Origin: an uncultured virus (IMG/VR IMGVR_UViG_2897137741_000002)
Lineage: Duplodnaviria; Heunggongvirae; Uroviricota; Caudoviricetes
Reading direction: 5' to 3' (one strand)
Length of the DNA: 20,000 bases
IMG/VR virus record: IMGVR_UViG_2897137741_000002
Span: 117,587 to 137,586 of that record
Each line of letters opens with the position of its first letter. Positions within the stretch are counted from its first letter, which is position 1. A program made the translations under genes and the position numbers. Positions 1 through 8,377 of the stretch are shown in pieces. The notes under the pieces are model-generated. The model was not told where the DNA came from and searched no databases. It was given only the letters and a program-made list of their open reading frames with translations.

Positions 1-141
1 ATTCACACTGAAACAAAAGAAAAGCTGATTACATATGAAGACCATGACGGATTTCTTTGGGGCAAGACCTATAGACATGTTTTCTTTGGAAAAGTGGTTG
101 TTGATGGTAAAGAGATTAAAAGATTCACAAAAATAAACTAA
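1..141 (+). CDS. 3' end of hypothetical phage protein (partial)
   Basis: Frame 1 is open from base 1 (IHTETKEK...RFTKIN) to TAA at 139-141. Confidence 0.65.
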   Translation: MHTETKEKLITYEDHDGFLWGKTYRHVFFGKVVVDGKEIKRFTKIN

Positions 142-154
142 AAGGATGATGAAA

Positions 155-289
155 ATGAATAAAAAATACGGACTTTATTGCATGGGAACACTTGTTAATA
201 CTTATGATGATGCTATTGAGGCTCATAATGATGCTGTGTATGCTCAAGAAGAAAGTGGAGTACCACATGAGGTAAGAGAAATTCAATAA
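155..289 (+). CDS. 44-aa hypothetical phage protein (YosI-like position)
   Basis: AAAAGGA SD, ATG155, MNKKYGLYCMG...EVREIQ, TAA289. Not in the supplied ORF track. Confidence 0.75.
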   Translation: MNKKYGLYCMGTLVNTYDDAIEAHNDAVYAQEESGVPHEVREIQ

Positions 290-308
290 AATAAGAGGAG
301 GACATTAA

Positions 309-503
309 ATGATTAAAGGGTTTTATAAAGATCAGAAACTTCACCTTCTAGAAGATCCTATGCAGCAGTACACCGTCATGAAAGTTGAAGAAAATGCAGT
401 ATGTGTTTACCGGTGGATCGATGATTATAGACACAAGATTGAAAGATTTACTGATGTTGAAGAGGCTAAAAAGCTTCTTGGCGAAGGCTGGCCTAAACAA
501 TAA
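309..503 (+). CDS. 64-aa hypothetical phage protein (YosJ-like)
   Basis: GAGGAGG SD before ATG309; position in the operon. Confidence 0.85.
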   Translation: MIKGFYKDQKLHLLEDPMQQYTVMKVEENAVCVYRWIDDYRHKIERFTDVEEAKKLLGEGWPKQ

Positions 504-551
504 CAAAGGAAGATACAGAAATTTATTCAGAAACAATTGGAGGACGAATAG

Positions 552-752
552 ATATCGGAAAATAACTATAGGCCGTCAGTTCCTAGATGGGTTGGCGATA
601 TACTAGAGCTAGACAAGAAAAGAAGACAAAATCAGTACAGAGGCTCACTAACGTCAGGTCAAGAGAAGAAGGACTGGGATGAGTGGAAACGTAGGTATTC
701 AAGGAAATTAAAGTACGCAAGATTGAACGGATGGACGATCGAAGAAGAGTAA
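552..752 (+). CDS. 66-aa hypothetical phage protein (YosK-like) with ATA start
   Basis: GGAGG at 539-543, 8 nt before ATA552. In-frame TAG immediately upstream (549-551). Open to TAA752 (xSENNYRPSVPRWVG...WTIEEE). Confidence 0.65.
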   Translation: MSENNYRPSVPRWVGDILELDKKRRQNQYRGSLTSGQEKKDWDEWKRRYSRKLKYARLNGWTIEEE

Positions 753-843
753 CGATTTTTTAGGGAGGACGAATAGATACGGCTCGATTCTAGATAAAAT
801 CACAGCTTTATTCAAAATAAAAAAAATAATAAGGAGATGTAAA

Positions 844-1191
844 ATGGGGGCAGCTAGACAGTTATACGTAAAGCGTAATGATCTGGTGACTATGGAAGAA
901 GCAAAAGAAAATAAGAAGATACACATGCAAAATGGTGAGTCATTTACAGTATTTAAGGGAGAACTTATTGCAACTGACTTAGAAGGACACCAAATGGTTA
1001 TCCCGCAAAGCCAAAAGGATAACTATATCCCTGTTGAATTAGAGGAGTTGTCTCCTTATGAGGCTCAAATGGCCAAAGGTTATGCTGAGATGGGAGCCAT
1101 TAATAGTGAAATAGCTGAAGCATATTACCATGTTGAAAATGAAGCTGAATCTGCAACTACAAGATTAATTACAGGGGCATATAACGATTAG
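844..1191 (+). CDS. yosL: YosL-like protein with MazE/EndoAI-like C-terminal antitoxin helix
   Basis: AAGGAG SD. C-terminus MAKGYAEMGAINSEIAEAYYHVENEAESATTRLITG matches the recalled B. subtilis MazE C-terminal pattern M..GY.EM..IN..I......E.EAE....RL..G. Lies directly before nrdI. Confidence 0.8.
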   Translation: MGAARQLYVKRNDLVTMEEAKENKKIHMQNGESFTVFKGELIATDLEGHQMVIPQSQKDNYIPVELEELSPYEAQMAKGYAEMGAINSEIAEAYYHVENEAESATTRLITGAYND

Positions 1192-1586
1192 TGATCATTA
1201 CATATGAGAGTAAAACTGGCAATGTAAGAAGGTTTGTAAAAGCGCTGCAACACAAATTAGATATTGAGACAATTGAAATAACTGATGATACGATCATCAA
1301 TCAAGAGTTCATACATATTACATATACGATAGACTTTGGGGAAGTACCTGAAAGGACTTTGAGTTTTATCAAAAAGAATAAAAATAAAATTAGAGGAGTT
1401 GTTGTTAGTGGCAACAAGGTTTGGGGTGTTAACTATGGTTTAGCTGGAGACAAGCTTTCAGCTAAGTTCCACATTCCATTGTTATTAAAGTTTGAACTTA
1501 GTGGAACGAAACAAGACTTACAGAAGATCATTCAGGAGGTACAACTTATTGACAAACACAATACCAAAGTGGATCAAGCTCAATAA
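1191..1586 (+). CDS. nrdI: NrdI flavodoxin (class Ib RNR)
   Basis: YESKTGNV, SGNKVWG and KFELSGT motifs; immediately upstream of nrdE. Confidence 0.95.
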   Translation: MIITYESKTGNVRRFVKALQHKLDIETIEITDDTIINQEFIHITYTIDFGEVPERTLSFIKKNKNKIRGVVVSGNKVWGVNYGLAGDKLSAKFHIPLLLKFELSGTKQDLQKIIQEVQLIDKHNTKVDQAQ

Positions 1587-2268
1587 TGAGATCATGATTC
1601 AGAAAGATGGGAAGTATCAATTCCAAAAGGATAAGGAGGCCGTACATAGTTACTTTGTTGACTACATTAATCAAAACACAGTCTTTTTCCATGATTTAAA
1701 AGAGAAGTTGGATTATCTGATTAAAAATGATTATTACGAAGAAGAATTCCTAAGCAAATATACATTTGAACAGATTAAATCAATTTATAAGATTGCTTAC
1801 AGTTACAAATTCAGATTCCCATCTTTTATGAGTGCATTTAAGTTCTACAATGACTACGCATTGAAGACAAACGATAAAACAAAGATCCTGGAAAGGTACG
1901 AGGATCGTGTCTCAATTGTAGCTCTATATTGTGCTGATGGGGATTACGAGAAAGCAGTTGAGGAAGTACATACTATGATGAAACAAGAGTATCAGCCGGC
2001 AACACCTACATTCCTTAATGCTGGACGTAAGCGAAGAGGTGAAATGGTGAGCTGCTTCTTACTTGAAGTGGATGACAGTTTGAATGCTATCTCTAGAGCC
2101 ATTGATATCTCCATGCAGCTTTCTAAGCTAGGTGGAGGAGTAGCATTAAATCTAAACAAACTAAGAGCCAAAGGTGAAGCCATTAAAGATGTTGAGAATG
2201 CGACAAAAGGCGTTGTAGGCGTCATGAAGCTATTGGATAATGCCTTCAGATATGCCGACCAAATGGGT
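1549..2268 (+). CDS. nrdE: Ribonucleotide reductase class Ib alpha subunit, exon 1 (240 codons)
   Basis: CAGGAGGT SD then TTG1549 (MTNTIPKW). PATPTFLNAG and SCFLL motifs. Ends ...ADQMG at the intron. Confidence 0.95.
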
Positions 2269-2520
2269 TGATTTGGCCCCTTTCATCAGCAATGGTGATC
2301 GAAAACCTCTTTAATTCATGGGAACTCCTACAGGGACAATCATGAGCGAAGCAAGACTAAGTCTTGAACGTGCAACGACTAGCCGAAAGGCGTAGGCTGC
2401 AAGCTATTGGCAGTCGAAACAGGAGGCACCCTTAGAGGGTGAAGATATAGTCTAACCTTCATGGTAACATGAAGCAGCCATATGGCGGGGCGTGCTTAGC
2501 GAACACGTCTGAATGGTCTG
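2269..2520 (+). ncRNA. Group I self-splicing intron in nrdE (252 nt, no ORF)
   Basis: Exon ends in T and intron ends in G. Removal joins ADQMG to QRQGSGA in frame (699-aa NrdE). Contains group I core-like AAGATATAGTCT and shares blocks (CAAGCTATTGGC, TCGAAACRGGAGGCA) with the nrdF intron. Confidence 0.93.
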
Positions 2521-3900
2521 CAAAGACAAGGATCAGGAGCAGTTTATCTAAGTGTATTCCATCCAGACATTACAGATTTCCTAGATACCAAAAAAATAAG
2601 TGCTGATGAAGATGTCCGAGTTAAAACATTATCTATTGGTGTAGTTGTTCCAGATAAATTTATTGAACTTGCAAGGGAAGACAAGGATTATTACATGTTC
2701 TATCCGCATTCAGTATACAAGGAATATGGACAGTATCTTGATGAGATGAGCATCAATGAAATGTATGATGAGCTTGTCGAAAACCCTAGGGTTAGAAAAG
2801 CTAAAGGGAATACTCGGAAGCTGTTAGAGCAATTGGCCATTCTAAGAAGCGAATCTGGCTATCCGTATATTATGTTCGCTGACAATGTAAATAAAGTGCA
2901 TCCAAATGAACATATTTCAAAAGTGAAGTTTTCAAATTTGTGTTCTGAAGTCCTCCAATCATCACAAGTATCAGTTTATACGGATTACGATAAAGAGGAT
3001 GAAATTGGTTTAGATATCTCCTGCAATCTTGGCTCAATGAACATTGTAAATGTAATGAGTAATCAATCAATTGCTTCAACAGTCAGAATAGCCATTGACT
3101 CACTGACAACAGTCACAAGGAAAACAAACATTGTAAATGCTCCAGCTGTTGCGAGAGCAAATACACTAATGAGATCAATTGGTCTAGGGCAGATGAACCT
3201 CCATGGATTTCTAGCTCAAAATAATATTGCTTATGAAAGTGAAGAAGCTAAGGATTTTGCAAATACATACTTTATGATGGTTAACTTCTACTCCCTGCAG
3301 CGTTCTATGGAAATTGCACGAGAAACAGGGGAGACATACTACAAGTTTGATGGTTCAACTTATAAATCAGGTGAGTATTTCGAAAAGTACGTAACAAATG
3401 ATTATAGCCCTCAGTTTGAAAAGGTTAAAAAGCTATTTGGAGATCAACATATTCCTAACATTGAAGATTGGACGAAACTTAAAGAAGATGTAATGAAATA
3501 TGGCTTATACCATTCGTATAGACAGGCTATTGCACCTACGGGAAGCATCTCATATGTTCAATCATCTACAGCAGGTGTAATGCCAATTATGGAGAGAATT
3601 GAGGAACGAACATACGGAAACAGTAAGACATATTATCCAATGCCAGGTTTATCGGCTAAGAATTGGTTCTTCTACAAAGAAGCATACGACATGGATATGT
3701 TTAAGGTAGTTGATCTTATTGCAACGATTCAGCAGCATGTCGATCAAGGAATTTCATTTACCTTGTTCCTGAAAGATACGATGACAACGAGAGACCTGAA
3801 TAGAATAGATCTCTACGCTCATCATCGAGGAATTAAGACCTTGTACTATGCGAGAACTAAGGATACTGGTCAGGATTCATGTCTATCTTGTGTTGTCTGA
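2521..3900 (+). CDS. nrdE: Ribonucleotide reductase class Ib alpha subunit, exon 2 (no intein)
   Basis: QRQGSGA..., uninterrupted SNLCSE active site, SCNLGS, APTGSIS, KTLYY, C-terminal CLSC. Confidence 0.95.
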   Translation, partial: QRQGSGAVYLSVFHPDITDFLDTKKISADEDVRVKTLSIGVVVPDKFIELAREDKDYYMFYPHSVYKEYGQYLDEMSINEMYDELVENPRVRKAKGNTRKLLEQLAILRSESGYPYIMFADNVNKVHPNEHISKVKFSNLCSEVLQSSQVSVYTDYDKEDEIGLDISCNLGSMNIVNVMSNQSIASTVRIAIDSLTTVTRKTNIVNAPAVARANTLMRSIGLGQMNLHGFLAQNNIAYESEEAKDFANTYFMMVNFYSLQRSMEIARETGETYYKFDGSTYKSGEYFEKYVTNDYSPQFEKVKKLFGDQHIPNIEDWTKLKEDVMKYGLYHSYRQAIAPTGSISYVQSSTAGVMPIMERIEERTYGNSKTYYPMPGLSAKNWFFYKEAYDMDMFKVVDLIATIQQHVDQGISFTLFLKDTMTTRDLNRIDLYAHHRGIKTLYYARTKDTGQDSCLSCVV

Positions 3901-4052
3901 TTAACTCTATAAAAATAGTATTCATATAATAGTTCAGAAATTAAAAGAAGGATATTCATTAAAATAGCATTTGTTAAATTTCCTTCAAAACACAGTGATA
4001 GCCCTAGATTAACAAGGAACATAAAGATAATTTTTTGAACGTTATTATTCAT
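3870..4052 (-). CDS. Putative 60-aa hydrophobic peptide antisense to the nrd operon
   Basis: Minus-strand AAGAGGATG SD-like sequence 9 nt before ATG4052. MNNNVQKIIFMFLVNLGLSLCF...ILLLISELLYEYYFY has two hydrophobic stretches and fills the nrdE-nrdF gap. Confidence 0.4.
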   Translation of the reverse strand: MNNNVQKIIFMFLVNLGLSLCFEGNLTNAILMNILLLISELLYEYYFYRVNQTTQDRHES

Positions 4053-4054
4053 AA

Positions 4055-4127
4055 GTAAAACCATCCTCTTATAATTTTAGGGGCTTTGTTACCCCGTATA
4101 TAAGGGCTTCAAAGAGGGTGGTTTTAC
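4055..4127. repeat. 16-bp inverted repeat (1 mismatch) in the nrdE-nrdF spacer
   Basis: GTAAAACCATCCTCTT (4055-4070) versus AAGAGGGTGGTTTTAC (4112-4127). Confidence 0.85.
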
Positions 4128-4166
4128 AGTGTCAAATCTAAAATTTTTTAAGATAGGAGAATATTT

Positions 4167-4874
4167 TTGACAAAAATTTATGACGCAGCAAACTGGTCAA
4201 AGCATGAAGACGATTTTACCCAAATGTTCTATAACCAAAACGTGAAACAGTTCTGGCTTCCGGAAGAGATTGCTTTAAACGGCGATCTCCTCACATGGAA
4301 GTACCTCGGAAAAAATGAGCAGGACACTTATATGAAGGTACTGGCCGGACTTACGCTTCTTGAAAAACGTGAAACAGTTCTGGCTTCCGGAAGAGATTGC
4401 TTTAAACGGCGATCTCCTCACATGGAAGTACCTCGGAAAAAATGAGCAGGACACTTATATGAAGGTACTGGCCGGACTTACGCTTCTTGACACAGAGCAG
4501 GGGAATACGGGGATGCCGATCGTGGCTGAACACGTAGACGGCCACCAGCGGAAAGCGGTGCTGAACTTTATGGCCATGATGGAGAACGCTGTCCATGCGA
4601 AGTCGTACAGCAACATCTTTCTTACATTAGCTCCAACCGAGCAGATCAATGAAGTCTTCGAATGGGTGAAAAACAATAAATTTTTGCAAAAGAAAGCGGG
4701 AATAATTGTTTCAATCTATAAGTCAATTCAAAAAAACGATGACATTTCATTATTCAAAGGAATGGTTGCTTCTGTGTTCCTAGAGAGTTTTCTTTTCTAC
4801 TCAGGGTTTTATTATCCACTTTACTTTTACGGACAAGGAAAACTGATGCAAAGCGGTGAGATCATTAACCTGAT
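4167..4874 (+). CDS. nrdF: Ribonucleotide reductase class Ib beta subunit, exon 1 (frameshifted as assembled by a 127-bp duplication)
   Basis: AGGAG SD, TTG4167, [11 protein letters not shown]...QFWLPEEI...[10 protein letters not shown]...ESFLFYSGF. Removing one duplicate copy and the intron gives 329 aa. Confidence 0.9.
4237..4490 (+). repeat. Exact 127-bp tandem duplication (4237-4363 / 4364-4490)
   Basis: AAAACGTGAAACAG...ACGCTTCTTGA occurs twice back to back with period 127. Confidence 0.95.
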
Positions 4875-5682
4875 TATTTAATAGTCCCTTTTGTCGGCAA
4901 CGGCAAATGTGAACCTCTCTAATTGCTGGAAAATCCTTATTAGGACAATCAGCAGCGAAGCTATGCGAACCCAAAGGAGGTGAAAATGATAAGGAAAGAA
5001 GTCGAAGAAGCACCTTGGTGGATAACGGAAACGGGAGTTATCATATCAAAAAAAATAAAGAAACCAAGAAAGACATTTATTACTCCACATGGCTATGAAA
5101 TGATAGGATACACGCATCCGAAAAAAGGAACACAGAACTATTTAGTACATAGGTTAGTCGCAAAATATTTTATTCATGATATACCAAAAGGAATGTTTGT
5201 AAACCACATAGATGGAAATAAACTAAACAACCACGTTCGGAACTTAGAAATAGTTACACCTAAAGAAAATACTCTACATGCAATGAAAATTGGATTAATG
5301 TCAGGACAACCTGGAGAAAGTAATTCAATGTCAAAGCTCACTAATATGGAGGCAACAAATTTAATCTATGATTTGATTGCTGGAATGAACAATGTTGAAG
5401 CTGGTGAAAAATACAGCCTTCATCCTCGTTACGTTAGTCTAATTCGACATAAAAGAAGATGGAAGACTTTATGGGATCGCATAGAACGTTCAACGACTAT
5501 CGCATAGGCGGCGAAATTCCGCAAAACGAGTAGGGCGCAAGCTATTGGCGTGGGTGAGAACCCCTTAAATCGAAACGGGAGGCATCCTACAGGGATGATG
5601 ATATAGTCTGCTCCTTACGGTAACGTAAGGCGGTTGCGACAGGGCAACGAACCGATAGTAGCGAACTCGGTTGAACTAAGGG
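4875..5682 (+). ncRNA. Group I intron in nrdF (808 nt) carrying an HNH endonuclease
   Basis: Exon ends CTG AT, intron ends in G5682, and the next exon starts T ATT AGA GAC GAA, restoring [11 protein letters not shown]. Core-like AATCAGCAG and GATATAGTCT elements are present. Confidence 0.92.
4986..5507 (+). CDS. yosQ: Intron-encoded HNH homing endonuclease (YosQ-like, 173 aa)
   Basis: AAAGGAGGTGA SD, ATG4986. VHRLVA...[20 protein letters not shown] motif. Lies inside the intron. Confidence 0.92.
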   Translation: MIRKEVEEAPWWITETGVIISKKIKKPRKTFITPHGYEMIGYTHPKKGTQNYLVHRLVAKYFIHDIPKGMFVNHIDGNKLNNHVRNLEIVTPKENTLHAMKIGLMSGQPGESNSMSKLTNMEATNLIYDLIAGMNNVEAGEKYSLHPRYVSLIRHKRRWKTLWDRIERSTTIA

Positions 5683-6091
5683 TATTAGAGACGAAGCGAT
5701 ACATGGAACATACATCGGATTGCTAGCTCAAGAGATATATAAGAACCAAACACCACAGAAGCAAACGGAATTGTATGAATGGGCATTAAGCTTACTGCAG
5801 GAGCTTTACGAAAATGAATTAGAGTATACAGAAGATGTCTATGATCAAGTTGGCTTAGCTCCAGATGTTAAGAAATTCATCAGATACAATGCTAATAAAG
5901 CGTTAAACAACCTGGGATTCGATCATCAGTTCGAGGAAGAAGACGTTAACCCAATTGTTATTAATGGATTGAGCACTAAAACTAAGTCTCATGACTTCTT
6001 TTCAACTAAAGGAAATGGTTATAAAAAAGCGACAGTTGAGCCTTTAAAAGATTCTGATTTCATTTTTACTGAGAAAGGGTGTATTCAATGA
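5683..6091 (+). CDS. nrdF: Ribonucleotide reductase beta subunit, exon 2
   Basis: RDEAIHG metal-ligand motif, YNANKAL, HDFFS.KGNGY. Confidence 0.93.
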
Positions 6092-6330
6092 GAGTAATTA
6101 AATTAGAGCAGCCTAATTGTAATCCATGTAAAATGGTGTCCAATTACTTAGAGCAAGCAAATATTCAATTTGAGACAGTTGACGTTACACAGGAACCAGA
6201 AGTGGCAGCTAGATTTGGTGTTATGGGAGTTCCGGTAACCGTTTTGCTGAGTGATCAAGGAGAGGAAGTAAAACGAAGTATTGGTTTTAAGCCTGATGAA
6301 CTTGATGAGTTACTAAAGGAATTACGATAA
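6088..6330 (+). CDS. yosR: Thioredoxin/NrdH-like redoxin (YosR-like, 80 aa)
   Basis: CNPC motif and GVPVT; ATGA overlap with the nrdF stop. Confidence 0.9.
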   Translation: MRVIKLEQPNCNPCKMVSNYLEQANIQFETVDVTQEPEVAARFGVMGVPVTVLLSDQGEEVKRSIGFKPDELDELLKELR

Positions 6331-6372
6331 AAGGGTAATTTTAAACAAACTTAAATTTAAAGGAGCAAATAA

Positions 6373-6735
6373 ATGTATTTCATTGAAAATCAGGAAGGAT
6401 TAATCGGAAAAGAAGTTGCTTATGTTTGGGCAAATCAATTTTGTGAGCAAACAACGATTATTACTAAAGATGGAGGCGTGTTTATGGTTTGTCAACAATC
6501 TGACTGGGATGATGGCTATGAGACCAGAATATTATACCCGCATGAAGCTAAGAAGATATTACATCCTCTGAAAAAAGACTTGCATGACAAAGGAGTGATT
6601 GATGAAACAGAGTGGGAAGAGTACGAGAATGAGCTAAAAAAGAAACAAGATGCTGAAAGAGAAAAGTATCTCAAAGAGAAAGAAGAACGTGATCGTAAAC
6701 TATATGAAGAGTTGAGGGCAAAGTTCGATCAATAA
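6373..6735 (+). CDS. Hypothetical phage protein with C-terminal coiled coil
   Basis: AAAGGAG SD; 120-aa ORF with a highly charged C-terminus. Confidence 0.85.
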   Translation: MYFIENQEGLIGKEVAYVWANQFCEQTTIITKDGGVFMVCQQSDWDDGYETRILYPHEAKKILHPLKKDLHDKGVIDETEWEEYENELKKKQDAEREKYLKEKEERDRKLYEELRAKFDQ

Positions 6736-6806
6736 TGAACAGTTTGTTTAACTGAAGAATGCAATACAAGAACTTACATACCAAAAACTAAAGGAGTTAA
6801 TACATA

Positions 6807-7235
6807 ATGCAAATTAAAATCAAGTATCTAGATGAAACACAAACAAGAATCAGCAAAATTGAGCAGGGAGACTGGATTGATCTTCGTGCAGCTGAAGATG
6901 TAGTGATCAAAAAAGATGAGTTTAAACTTGTCCCATTAGGTGTGGCTATGGAATTGCCTGAAGGTTATGAAGCTCATGTCGTTCCTCGTTCGAGTACGTA
7001 TAAGAACTTTGGTGTGATTCAAACAAACTCAATGGGTGTTATCGATGAGTCTTATAAGGGAGACAACGATTTTTGGTTCTTTCCTGCTTATGCATTGCGT
7101 GATACTGAAATTAAGAAAGATGATCGTATCTGTCAGTTTAGAATCATGAAGAAAATGCCGGCGGTTGAATTGGTTGAAGTAGACTATCTAGGCAACGATG
7201 ACCGAGGTGGGCACGGTTCAACTGGAACGAAATAA
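6807..7235 (+). CDS. dut: Trimeric dUTPase (YosS-like)
   Basis: [24 protein letters not shown] and RGGHGSTG motifs; AAAGGAG SD. Confidence 0.95.
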   Translation: MQIKIKYLDETQTRISKIEQGDWIDLRAAEDVVIKKDEFKLVPLGVAMELPEGYEAHVVPRSSTYKNFGVIQTNSMGVIDESYKGDNDFWFFPAYALRDTEIKKDDRICQFRIMKKMPAVELVEVDYLGNDDRGGHGSTGTK

Positions 7236-7322
7236 TTTACCATGTAGACAGTCTCTTTTTGGACTGAAACTTTTATAAAGCATTAACGTAGTACTTTATA
7301 AAGGGAATAAGGAGGTTTCTTC

Positions 7323-7505
7323 ATGGGGGTGAATTTCTTTAATGCAGAGTTAAAGTGCTCAAACTGCGGTAAAGTACTAAATTCAGGTGATGAAATAGAG
7401 GTACATATTACCCTGCCAAGTCAAAAGAAAATGCCTGTTGGTATCTTAGACAAAGTATTAAGTAAACACTCTGATAAGGTTTATTGTAAGAATTGTAGTG
7501 AGTAA
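7323..7505 (+). CDS. 60-aa zinc-ribbon-like protein
   Basis: AAGGAGGT SD; CSNC...CKNC. Confidence 0.8.
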   Translation: MGVNFFNAELKCSNCGKVLNSGDEIEVHITLPSQKKMPVGILDKVLSKHSDKVYCKNCSE

Positions 7506-7513
7506 GTTTTCAA

Positions 7514-7549
7514 TGTTATGAGGATGCTCCTAGAGGTTTCCTCATAACA
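7514..7549. terminator. Stem-loop after the zinc-ribbon gene (possible terminator)
   Basis: TGTTATGAGGA...TCCTCATAACA 11-bp arms; no clear U-tract. Confidence 0.5.
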
Positions 7550-7611
7550 AATATCAATTTAAATTAGAAAATAAAGAATACTTTTATCTAAAATCAATAA
7601 GGAGGAAAGAG

Positions 7612-7812
7612 ATCATCAACAACAAAGAAAGAGCTTTACAAGCAAAATATGATGATATGCTTTATAGGAACGGTCTTTGCTTTGGATTTCTTCAGTTGCA
7701 ATGACTTGAAGATGAATTCATTGAACATATGAGACAAGTCGCTGAGTACGAGAAAGACCTGAGATACAAAAGTGCAGCAACTAATTTCTTAAAGATGATC
7801 GACCATAATTAA
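7612..7812 (+). pseudogene. 66-codon phage ORF (YosU-like position) with ATC start and internal TGA
   Basis: AAGGAGG SD at 7599-7605. Reads IINNKERALQAKYDDMLYRNGLCFGFLQLQ*LEDEFIEHMRQ...MIDHN*, with in-frame TGA at 7702-7704. Confidence 0.6.
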
Positions 7813-7829
7813 AATACGCGGGTGATTAA

Positions 7830-8123
7830 TTGTTAAAGGATAAAAATAAATTATTAAAGAGTATTGAAAAGATCAACAAACTTGAAGAAGGGTTGTCACT
7901 ATTTGAAGAAGGTGACGAAGAATATTTAAGTGTATTAGTGAAAATTCAGGGGCTATATGATGAAATCTCAGATACTGCTTTAGAGTGTTTTAAAGAGATG
8001 ACTACAAAAATCAGGAAAACTGGTCAGAAACGGATTGTAAAAGGGATTGATCAGTTGCCATATACAATTAAAGAAAACATTGCTGATCAAGTGAATGAAT
8101 TAAAGGGGGAGCTTTTTGGATGA
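7830..8123 (+). CDS. Hypothetical helical phage protein (YosV-like)
   Basis: GGGTGA SD, TTG start, 97 aa. Confidence 0.8.
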   Translation: MLKDKNKLLKSIEKINKLEEGLSLFEEGDEEYLSVLVKIQGLYDEISDTALECFKEMTTKIRKTGQKRIVKGIDQLPYTIKENIADQVNELKGELFG

Positions 8124-8335
8124 AAGCAAATATTAATGGTATTGAATTTGAGGGTACGCCCGAAGAAATAAACGAATTGATTAATTTACATGGATATAAG
8201 AATATGCTGCAAGATGATTTATTAATGAGGAACTTTGAACAGCTTAGCCGAGTGAATAGATCAAGACCGACTAATTTATTTAAAGTAGGGGATTATGATT
8301 TCCATGACTCGCCTAAATGCTTAATTATCACTTGA
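8120..8335 (+). CDS. Hypothetical phage protein
   Basis: ATGA overlap, AAAGGGGG SD; NGIEFEGTPEEI N-terminus. Confidence 0.8.
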   Translation: MKANINGIEFEGTPEEINELINLHGYKNMLQDDLLMRNFEQLSRVNRSRPTNLFKVGDYDFHDSPKCLIIT

Positions 8336-8377
8336 TTAGAGTAGTAATAAATCAAAAGACAAATATAAAATAAGGAG

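Noticed and set aside
385..926. Track ORFs 385-606 (+), 348-536 (-) and 708-926 (-)
   Set aside because: They overlap better-supported SD-bearing genes and are shadow frames.
2920..2960. Intein in nrdE as in SPbeta
   Set aside because: The active-site SNLCSEV is contiguous and the spliced length (699 aa) is normal.
4237..4490. Tandem repeat as a CRISPR array or programmed frameshift site
   Set aside because: Only two 127-bp copies of nrdF coding sequence with no spacers and no cas genes. The second-frame TTG4360 has no SD.
7702..7704. Selenocysteine or recoded TGA
   Set aside because: No visible SECIS-like stem or redox motif, and other TGA codons in the window act as normal stops. A nonsense mutation is the simpler explanation.
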